Source: Malacoraja senta (lineage: Eukaryota). From it: DNA of 64,000 nucleotides. The DNA lies in contig CM075989.1 in the NCBI GenBank assembly GCA_038087875.1, positions 2,852,001 to 2,916,000 of the forward strand, written 5' to 3'. This document shows positions 38,403 to 48,115 of the stretch, in pieces. Position 1 is the stretch's first letter. The number at the start of each line of letters is the position of its first letter. The notes below the pieces were generated by a model that was not told where the DNA came from, searched no databases, and saw nothing but the letters and a program-made list of their open reading frames with translations. The translations under genes were made by a program, and so were the position numbers.

Positions 38403-38970
38403 TGATGTGGATGAGATAAAGAACAATGATTGAAAGATATGCAAAAAAGTAACGGTGATAATAAAAAGTAAGTGACTTATACACTCTGCTGTAGGGAGTA
38501 ACAAGGCCTGTTTTCTATCCTGGCTGGGCTCAGCTAACTCGGCACACACCGAGCTGTCATTTCTCTGCCACTTTGAGGAAGTGCTGGTGCTTGACCTGAC
38601 CGTTAGTCCAGCAAGCCGAGGGTTGCGAGTTCAAATCCCACCACAGCAGGTTGTGTTATTGAATTGCTTTCACAGTAACCATAAAAGCTGCTGAAATGAT
38701 GCTGGAAAACAAAAAGAAACTGGTTCATGAATGTCCTTCAAGGAACGTCACCTCCCAGTGTTTCCAGACCTGACTGGGAATGGAACCCAAAGCATATGGT
38801 TATTTTTTATACGTGTGCAGCAATCTTACAAAGACCCACCCTACCCTGTTGGTAATACAAGAAGGAAAGATGAATGAGCAAGAAGGAACACCAGATGCTG
38901 GTTTACACTGAAGATAGTCACAAAAAGTTGGAGAAACTCAGCGGGTCAGGCAGCATCTCTGGAGAGAAGG

Positions 38971-39590
38971 AAACATAGACAATAGGTGCAGGAGTAGGCC
39001 ATTCGGCCCTTCGAGCCTGCACCGCCATTCAATATGATCATGGCTGATCATCCAACTCAGTATCCTGTACCTGCCTTCTCTCCATACCCCCTGATCCCTT
39101 TAGCCACAAGGGCCACATCTAACTCCCTCTTAAATATAGCCAATGAACTGGCCTCAACTACCTTCTGTGGCAGAGAATTCCAGAGATTCACCACTCTCTG
39201 TGTGAAAAATGTTTTTCTCATCTCGGTCCTAAAAGATTTCCCCCTTATCCTTAAATTGTGACCCCTTGTTCTGGACTTGCCCAACATCGGGAACAATCTT
39301 CCTGCATCTAGTCTGTCCAAACCCTTAAAAATTTTGTACGTTTCTATAAAACCCCCCCTCAATCTTCTAAATTCTAGCGAGTACAAGCCGAGTCTATCCA
39401 GTCTTTCTTCATATGAAAGCCCTGACATCCCAGGAATCAGTCTGGTGAACCTTCTCTGTACTCCCTCTATGGCAAGAATGTCTTTCCTCAGATTTGCAGA
39501 CCAAAACTGTACGCAATACTCCAAGTGTTGTCTCACCAAGACCCTGTACATCTGCAGTAGAACCTCCCTGCTCCTATACTCAAATCCTAT
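38971..39590 (-). mobile_element. CR1 3' fragment
   Basis: Open frame 39057-39596 'LEYCVQFWS...EGVQRRFTRLIPG...YEERL...TRGH...FFTQRVVNLWNSLP'. Confidence 0.92.
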
Positions 39591-39614
39591 ACTCAAGGAA
39601 TAGGTGACGTTTCA

Positions 39615-40063
39615 ATAGACAATAGACAAAATGTGCAGGAGTAGGCCATTCAGCCCTTCGAGCCATTCATCGTGATCATGGCTGATCATCCACAATCAGT
39701 ACCCCGTTCCTGCCTTCTCCCCATATCCCCTAACGGGATTAAGAGCTCTATCTAACTCTCTTTTGAAAGCATCCAGAGAATTGGCCTCCACTGCCTTCTG
39801 AGGCAGAGAATTCCACAGATTCACAACCCTCTGTCTGTTCTAAATGGCTTACCCCTTATTCTTAAACTGTGGACACTGGTTCTGGAATCCCTCAACATCG
39901 GGAACATGTTTCCTGCCTCCAAACCTTTAATAATCTTATATGTTTCAATAAGATTCCCTCTCATCCTTCTAAATTCCAGAGTATACAAGCCCAGCCACTC
40001 CATTCTATCAACATTTGACAGTCCCGCCATCCCGGGAATTAACCTTGCAAACCTACGCTGCAC
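39615..40063 (-). mobile_element. CR1 3' fragment
   Basis: 'VQRRFARLIPG...LIETYKIIKG' plus CR1 tail. Confidence 0.85.
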
Positions 40064-40773
40064 TCTCTGGTTTTGGGTCAAGACCATTCTTCAAACTGGG
40101 TTTAAACAAGTATCTGCAATTCCTTCCTACACAATGAAATACTGTAGATAGGTTTAATAGAATTGATTGAAAGATTGAGAGATGGGGCTGCCGAGAACAA
40201 AGGGGGGGGGGGCTGGCGGGGGACCTATTCTTTACCTCCAGAGATGCTGCCTGTCCCGCTGAGTTACTCCAGCTTTTTGTGCCTATCTTCAAGGAAAAAT
40301 GAATGCCAGCGATATGCGCATCCATAGAATCCTCAACACAGGCACAAGAAAGACGGTAATCTTCTGACGGTTTCCTTCTCCCTTGGTTCCTGCTGCTGAC
40401 AGATTCTTGCATGTAATCTCCCAAAGAGCTGTGTCAATGCAGATTTACATTTCTGCAATCTCAGCACCGTGAAAGCAGAGATAAAAATCATATCCAGGTG
40501 AATGTTGTGTAAATCCCCCGCAAAAAAAAATCCCTGCGGGGAACAGATCTGAATAAAGAAAATGGAAATAGTCTAATTAGTTTTTAAACAGCTGCATTGG
40601 GTAAACATATGGATTACTGACAATCCGAGCTAAGTTTGGTTCCATTAAAGTCGGTGCTGCCTTTCTCCCGCAGATTGTGAAAATTGACATGGGGTGCAGC
40701 AGACAGCTTATTAATGCAATAGTCCAACCTACATCTCAATGCTACAACAACACGCTGTTTTAATAGACAGGGC

Positions 40774-41075
40774 AGGCACGGTGCTGCAGCAGTAGAGTTG
40801 CTGCCTTACAGGGCCAGAGACCCAGGTTCCATCCTGACTACAGGTGCTGTCTGTACGGAGTTTGTACGTTCTCCCCGTGATCACGTGGATTTTCCCCGGG
40901 TGCTCCGGTTTCCTCCCGCATTCCAAAGACGGCCAAATTTGTAGGTTAATTGGCTTTGGCAAAAACCGTAAATTGTCCTTAGTATGTAGGACAATGCTAG
41001 TGTACTGGGATCGCTGGTCGGCGCAGACTCGGTGGGCCGAAGGGCCTGTTTCCATGCTGTATCTCTAAGCTAAAC
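40774..41075 (+). mobile_element. HE1/V-SINE-like SINE
   Basis: Family sequence. Confidence 0.85.
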
Positions 41076-41159
41076 TGTGCAGTTGGAGTCTGCAGAGTTA
41101 AGGACAAGGGGCACAATCTAAAATCCGAAACAGGAGGAAGGATAGGAAAGGTTGAATAG

Positions 41160-41561
41160 GCTAAGGCTTTATTGCTTGGAGTGCAGGAGGATGAGGGGTG
41201 ATTTTATAGAGGTGTACAAGATCATGAGTGGAATAGATTGGGTAACCGCACAAGCTTTTGCCCAGAGTAGGGCAATCGAGAACCAGAGGACAAAGGTTTA
41301 ATGTGAACGGGAAAGATTTAATAGGAATCTGATGGGTGACATTTTTACACAAAGGGTGGTGGGTGTATGGAACATGCTGCTGGAGGGGGTAGTTGAGGCA
41401 GATACCATTACAATGTTTATCAAACCTTTAGACAGGTACATGGATCAGACAGGTTTAGAGGGATATGGCCCAAAAGCAACCAAGTGGGACTCGTGTAGAT
41501 GGGGTATGTTGGCCGTTGTGGGCAAGTTGAACCTAAGGGCCTGTTTCCACTGCATGACTCT
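41160..41561 (+). mobile_element. CR1 3' fragment
   Basis: 'IFTQRVVGVWNML...LDRYMD' and 3' tail abutting the HERO-like element. Confidence 0.85.
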
Positions 41562-41687
41562 GAATCAAATACACAGGACAAGATGTTAAGAAGTCCCTTG
41601 TGCCAATACGTGGGGAGCATTTCACGACATTCGTTGATTGTTGAGAGTGGTAGACGCTCAACATCGGGGGGGGGGGGGTAACCTTCA

Positions 41688-41830
41688 GGACAGTTGGGCA
41701 CAGGACACATCATCAGTAGTGTACCCTTGCATCACTGGGTGTTTCGGCCTTTTAACACTATACACCCTCCACAAGGGCGGCCCGCTGCAGGATGATCAAC
41801 CCTCAGCGCATGTCCCGTGTCAAACCGTCC
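41688..41830 (-). ncRNA. Permuted hammerhead-ribozyme-like structure, copy 1 (predicted)
   Basis: GGGUGU-A / UAGUGU ... GGCC-GAAACACCC ... ACACUA-CUGAUGA, closed by a 22-bp stem. Confidence 0.6.
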
Positions 41831-41837
41831 CAAAGAT

Positions 41838-44800
41838 TCACCCCGACATACTTGGGGCCCAGCATGGGTCTTTCCGCTTGAGCCAAATCCACCGGCTGCT
41901 TCTTTCAGCCGCCTCTGAGAGTGATCTTATGGTCTTCCGCAGAGCCTGACCGTGGATTCCAAGCTCCTTCAGCAGTCTGATGGTAGATGACGCAACAAAT
42001 CCTCTGCATCCCACTTCAACTGGATAGACTTTGGTGTTCCAGCCACGCTGCGTTGCCTCTGCTGCAAGCTCTGCGTAGCGCAGCTTCTTACGCTCATAGG
42101 CCTCCTCAACAGAGTTCTCCCATGGAACTGTGAGCTCTATGATGTAAGCAGTCTTCTGTGAAGGGGACCAGAACACCAAGTCTGGCCTGAGGGTGGTGGA
42201 AGCAATTTCAGGTGGAAAAATTAGTTGTCGGCCGATGTCCGCCAGCATCCTCCAGTCACGGGCCCTGCATTGGCTTCCTTCTTCTGATCTGGTGGAAGGA
42301 AGTTTAGAAGTTTTCTGTCCTTCTCGGACAAAGGTTATTACCCTTAGGGGAGGGTTGCTTGCTCTTGGAGGCAAGGAGTTGGCCGCACACCGCCTGTTCT
42401 CAAGGGCTGATGCCAGGCTTTTTAGTACCTGATTATGCCGCCACGTGTATCTCCCTTGCGTGAGGCTGGTCTTGCAGCCTACCATGATGTGTTTGAGGGT
42501 CGCTGGAGTTGGGCAGATGGCACAGGTTGGATCCTCGCCGTACCACTGATGGAGGTTCTTTGGTGATGGAAGCACGTCATATGTCGCTCTGATGATGAAG
42601 CTGATCTTGCTTGCTTCCATTTCCCATAGTTCTTTCCAGCTGATCTTCCTCCGCTCCACACCTTCCCACTGCATCCATTGCCCCTGTTTGGCAAGAGAGA
42701 CCGCCTTTGCACTTCTTGCGGCCTCCTCCTGTCGCCGCACCTCCTCAACCACCAACGTCCTCCGCTCTGATGTTGTGGCCTTTCGCCAAGTTGGTTTACT
42801 TGTCGTAAGGCCAAAGCCTCCTCTTCCCTGCTGGACTTGCCCCACTATGTCTTTGTGCCTCAGGGCTGATGAAGCTTGCTGTACTGCATCAGATGGTGTC
42901 CACTTCCGGCCAGTTGCTAGGGGCGGCGCAACAGCACTGATGATCTTGTCTCTAGAATCCCTCAGTGTCATCTGGAGTCTTACTTTAGAACACTTATATT
43001 CCTCTGTTAGACTAGTGAGAGGTAGTTCCAGGACCCCTTTGCCATAGAGGCCGATGTTAGTTAGACATCGTGGGACACCGAGCCATTTCTTCACGTATGA
43101 AGTTATGGTTCGCTCCATCTTCTCCACAGTTGTTATTGGGGCTTCATAAACGGTCAGTGGCCACATTGTCCGAGGAAGGAGTCCAAACTGTAGGCACCAG
43201 AGCTTCAGTTTCCCAGGCAGTAGGGTCTGATTGATGTTCTCCAGTCCATTGACAATTTCTTGCCTTAGTTGTTGCACCTGCTCTTTGTCCTTGAGACTTG
43301 CGTTATACCATCTTCCCAGGCTTTTAACTGGCTGCTCAGACACTGTTGGTATTGGGTCGTCACCAATACAGAACCTTGTGTCTCTAAGCACCCCCTTGAC
43401 TATGGAGATGCTTCGAGATTTACTTGGTTTGATTTTCATTCGGGCCCACTTGATGTTCTCCTGCAGCTTTCCAAGTAGCCGCTTGGTGCATGCTGCAGTA
43501 GTGGTTAGTGTTGTCATGTCGTCCATGTATGCCCTGATGGGTGGCAGACGGAGCCCAGCCCTGGTTCGTTCACCGCCCACCACCCATTTTGAGGCCCTGA
43601 TGATGACTTCCATGGCCATTGTAAAGGCCAAGGGTGAGACTGTGCAGCCTGCCATGATGCCTACTTCCAAGCGCTGCCATGTTGTACTGAAGTCAGCTGT
43701 TGTGAAGCACAGCTGCAGGTCTTGGTAATATTTCTTGACCAGTGTGGTGATGAGCTCTGGTACATGGAAAAAGGCAAAAGATTCCCAAAGGAGTTCATGG
43801 GGAACTGAACCAAATGCATTGGCCAGATCGAGGAAGATCACATGTAGGTCTCTCTTCTCCTTCTTAGCTGCTTGGATCTGGTGCCAGATCATGCTTGTAT
43901 GCTCCAAGCAGCCCGAAAATCCTGGAATTCCTGCTTTCTGTACAGATGTATCAATGTACTTGTTTGTTACCAGATAGGTGGACAGCCTTTGTGATACAAT
44001 GCTAAAAAAAGATTTTTCCCTCGACGTTGAGGAGACATATTGGCCGGAATTGGCTGATATCTGACGAATCCGTTTCTTTAGGTATTAGCACGCCGCCGGC
44101 CCTTCGCCAAGCCTTAGGTATTGTTTGCTTCTTCCACACCACCCTCATGAGCTTCCATAGAAAGCGTAACACATCTGGTGCGTTCTTATAGAGCTTGTAT
44201 GGTACTCCGTTTGGCCCCGGAGCTGATGCTGCTCTTGCTCGCCGGACCGTGTTCTCCACCTCTTTCCATCTCGGAGGGCTGGTGTCCATGTTGAATTCAG
44301 GTGGTTGAATAGGTGGGATGTCATGTGGGATGACCAACTGCTCATGCCTTTTCGTGTCTTTGTGGGCCTTTTCCAGGTGTTCCTCCAATTCCTGTTTTGA
44401 TGTTTTCAAAGTTCCACTTTTTTCCTTTGCGAAGAGGTCTTTGATGAACTTGAAAGGGTCTTTATAGAACCGTATTCTTGTGTGTTCTTTCTTCTTGCGA
44501 AGTTTCCTCAAGTTCTCTGCTTTTCGCAAGGTTGCCAATCGGTTCTTGATGTCCTCTTGGAGTAGCATGAGACCTTCTCTCTCTGCGTCAGTTGCTTTTT
44601 TCCATTGCTTTTTCAACTGTCTCCTCTCTCTGATTAGCCTCTCGATCTCCTGCTGCCTCCTGGACTTGATTGGTGTTGGTAATTTCTTTCCACCTCTCCC
44701 TTTACTCACCCCAAACCGTTCTTCTCCATAGCTGTAGATTGTGTTGCCCATCCTTTCAAGCTTTTCCACTGCTGTGCCCGTTTGTTGCTTCAAGATATGT

Positions 44801-45379
44801 ATAAGGTCACTGTTGACCGTCTCCCACTCTTTCTTTTCAACAGCCTTGGGCCATTTCACTCCAGGTTTGTGCCCTTTGATCTTTCCCTCCAATGGAGGTC
44901 TTTGTAGTTGTTGCGTGGGCTCCTCCACCGGCATTTCTGTGCTTGTATCACCCTCTTCAGTGACATGGGTGCTGATGCTCTGCGAACTTTGGTTTGTGTC
45001 CCCGTCGCTGTGCTTCACTCGACTGATTTGACTGGTTGCTTCGTAAGAAGTACTGGTCAATGCGAGGCCCATGTTTCTGCTCTCTCAAGCACTTTTTCTT
45101 CCCTTGGTGGATCTTCAAGCCCTTCACTGATGTTAATTTCTCCCAACCACAGATGCACACCTGAAGTTTGTGTCCCGCAGCTGTTGTGGATGTCTCATGT
45201 GCCATGCTCTCCTTGTCAGTAGTCGTTTCCGTTCCTGGGTCTGTAACCGTGTTATCAATCGGTGAGCCATCTTCCGCCCCCGCTCTCGCAGGCTCTAGGG
45301 GTATTCTCTTTATTTTACTTTTAGTAGCATTTAGCGGGTGTCTCCAACTAGCTGAAACAGCGTTGGGGACTGCTGTCAT
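41838..45379 (-). CDS. Zn finger / reverse transcriptase / CCHC / restriction-like endonuclease polyprotein (two +1 frameshifts; ~1179 aa if corrected)
   Basis: N-terminal 'CICG...GLKIHQGKKKC'; RT 'FRPICLLNVEGK', 'FLDLANAFGSV', 'GCTVSP', 'YMDD'; 'CAIC...KHIMVGC'; RLE 'RHNQV...RPDL...IELTVPWE...KKLRY'. Frames shift at the C4 run ~45000-45003 and the A7 run 44004-44010. Confidence 0.9.
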
Positions 45380-45638
45380 GGGTAGCTAGCCCATGACGGC
45401 CCCAGTGGGGTCTGTTCCCTCCTGTCAGCTGTCTCTCCAAGCTGTCACATGGACTTTCCCATGTTGTCAGCTGTCCTTTCACAGCAGTCACTGGACGAGT
45501 CCAGATTATCAGAATCAAATACACAGGACAAGATGTTAAGAAGTCCCTTGTGCCAATAGGTGGGGAGCATTTCACGACATTCGTTGATTGTTGAGAGTGG
45601 TAGACGCTCAACATCGGGGGGGGGGGGGGTAACCTTCA

Positions 45639-45781
45639 GGACAGTTGGGCACAGGACACATCATCAGTAGTGTACCCTTGCATCACTGGGTGTTTCGGCC
45701 TTTTAACACTATACACCCTCCACAAGGGCGGCCCGCTGCAGGATGATCAACCCTCAGCGCATGTCCCGTGTCAAACCGTCC
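45639..45781 (-). ncRNA. Permuted hammerhead-ribozyme-like structure, copy 2 (predicted)
   Basis: Identical to 41688-41830 (offset 3951). Confidence 0.6.
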
Positions 45782-46293
45782 CAAAGATTCACCCCGACAT
45801 ACTTGGGGCCCAGCATGGGTCTTTCCGCTTGAGCCAAATCCACCGGCTGCTTCTTTCAGCCGCCTCAGTGATCTTATGGTCTTCCGCAGAGCCTGACCGT
45901 GGATTCCAAGCTCCTTCAGCAGTCTGATGGTAGATGACGCAACAAATCCTCTGCATCCCACTTCAACTGGATAGACTTTGGTGTTCCAGCCACGCTGCGT
46001 TGCCTCTGCTGCAAGCTCTGCGTAGCGCAGCTTCTTACGCTCATAGGCCTCCTCAACAGAGTTCTCCCATGGAACTGTGAGCTCTATGATGTAAGCAGTC
46101 TTTGCACAAAAGAATGGTATATATATAGCAGTAAAGATTGGTAGAAAGGTGGAACAGGGGCACGTAGCCCCAGTGACCCAGGTTCAATCCTGACCTCTAG
46201 CGCTGTCTGTGTGGAGTTTACATGCTCTCCCTGTGGCAATGTTGGTTTCCTCCAACTTTCCAAAGCCCTATGAGCAAGGAGTTTTATTAATTA

Positions 46294-47093
46294 CTAGACT
46301 AAGTGGGACCCGTTGGGTCCCAGCATCACACGGGACGGCTGGTCACCAACGCAGTATTCCACCACTCCACCAATTCCAATATTGCTCGCCAGTGGGGGGG
46401 GGAGGGGCTTTCTGTTGCGCTAGTATGGGTGTTGCAGCCACCTGACAACCAAAATTCATTTTGTGAACACAAACTTTTTTAAAAGGCGAGGCAAACAATT
46501 GGGCAGCAGCCACCTGACAACCACAATTCATTTTGTGAACACAAACTTTTTAAAAAGGCGAGGCAAACAATTGGGCAGCAGCCACCTGACAACCACAATT
46601 CATTTTGTGAACACAAACTTTTTAAAAAGGCGAGGCAAACAATTGGGCAGCAGCCACCTGACAACCACAATTCATTTTGTGAACACAAACTTTTTAAAAA
46701 GGCGAGGCAAACAATTGGGCAGCAGCCACTTTACAGACGCATCGAGGGGACTCACCGTGGAGTAGACGTGCGTTCAGTGTTATTCGCAGCTCTGAGAGCC
46801 GTGACCCTCTCACTTCCTGGGTCTGGAAGAGACTGAGTGAGGCACTACACTTCCGGGTTTTATAGTCCCTCCCCCCTGCCGCCAGCGGGGGCAGCAAAGA
46901 GAATGATGATTTTTAAAAAAACATTAATATCTCTCTGAATTTTCATCGATGGGAAAAAATCCTCTGGTCCCGGAAGGCGGAGGGGTCTCTGAGCGAGGTG
47001 GCCAAAAATGACAGCCGTAGGTGGTGGCGTTCTCTCGGAAATCGCAGTACAGCGAGTCAAAAGCAGTCAAGATCAGTCTTTTAGTAATATAGA
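46294..47093 (-). mobile_element. Non-autonomous Helitron
   Basis: Minus strand begins TC (TCTATATTACTAAAAG) and ends with hairpin GGGACCC-AAC-GGGTCCC then ACTTAGT-CTAG; sits between A and T with no TSD. Confidence 0.85.
46434..46728. repeat. 72-bp minisatellite x4 inside the Helitron
   Basis: Unit gcagccacctgacaaccacaattcattttgtgaacacaaac...aattgggca. Confidence 0.95.
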
Positions 47094-47967
47094 TTGTTAT
47101 ATTGGCCATGGTGCTGGAGAATGGTAGAATCTGTGGGTGCAGCAGAGGGCAGGGAGGGTGGGGGAGGTGGGAAGAAGTCACAGGAGTGATTAGCCATTGA
47201 ATGTATCCACTGAACAAGTTCCAGCTTAACCCAGCACCTGGTATTCCCACCAGTGTCCCAATGTCAGGATGCAGTCGGAATGACCACACCAAAAACTTTA
47301 TGTTAATTCATAAGTTCTTGGTGCAGAATTAGGCCATTCGGCCCATCAAGTCTACTCCACCATTCAATCCCTGGGTGTTGGGAATGTCTGTGTTTGTGTG
47401 AGTGGCTCTGAGAAGCTTTTTGGACCTTCAGTCTTTCCCCTGTTGCCAGGGTGTGTACCCTTTATTGCAAGTACAGTACATGGGCTAAGATAAATAACAA
47501 CCCAGGTATGACTAATAAGACCATTAGACAAAGGAGCAAAATTAGGCCACTAGGCCCATAGAGTCTACTCTGCCATTCGATCATGGCTGATCTATTTCTC
47601 CCTCTCAAGCCATTCTCTTACCTTCTCCCCGTAACCTTTCACTAATATGGGAACTGGGAACAGGCTGAAGAGGTTGAATTATGTTTCTACTCTTTCAATA
47701 TATGTTCGAAGAGCACGTTATGGCAGCGTTAATGAGGCAAATGTCCTGCAGTGGGTCATAGAATAGACACAACGACAAAATGTGCAGAAGTGTTGGCGCA
47801 GTGAAAGGTCGAGAGAGAGTCAAGAGTGTTTTATTGTCAAATGTCCCAGATAGAACAATGAAAATCTTACTTGCAGCAGCACAACAGAATATGTAAACAT
47901 AGTACAATATTATAACCAAAAACAAGTTTTTATGTATATAGAACTTGTTTTCATTTATTTATTAGAT

Positions 47968-48115
47968 ATATGTGTGTCTGCATATAGGTGTATATGTGTG
48001 TGTATCTGTGTGTGTGTGTGTATGTGTGTCTGTGTGTATATATGTTTGTGTGTGTGTGTATGTGTTTATGTGTGTGTGTGTGTGTATGTGTGTCTGTGTG
48101 TATATGTATGTGCAT
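47968..48115. repeat. Imperfect (TG)n microsatellite
   Basis: Directly visible. Confidence 0.95.

Larger units (their letters stand above)
41562..46102 (-). mobile_element. HERO-like RLE non-LTR retrotransposon, 1.15-mer with direct terminal repeats
   Basis: Single RT-RLE ORF; direct repeats 41562-42155 and 45512-46102; unit length 3950 bp; no poly(A) or TSD seen. Confidence 0.85.

Noticed and set aside
38083..38549. ORFs spanning X residues
   Set aside because: Artefact of the N gap.
45512..45640. HDV-like ribozyme at the HERO 5' leader, as in R2
   Set aside because: Could not build P1/P2/P3 with a proper L3 and J4/2 by eye.
41562..46102. LTR retrotransposon or endogenous retrovirus (long direct repeats)
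   Set aside because: The repeats include coding sequence and lack TG..CA ends, PBS and PPT; the ORF is a non-LTR RT with an RLE domain and no protease or integrase.
46434..46728. CRISPR-like array or repeat-protein ORF (46463-46765)
   Set aside because: Pure head-to-tail 72-bp tandem with no unique spacers, inside a Helitron; the ORF is a by-product of a unit length divisible by 3.
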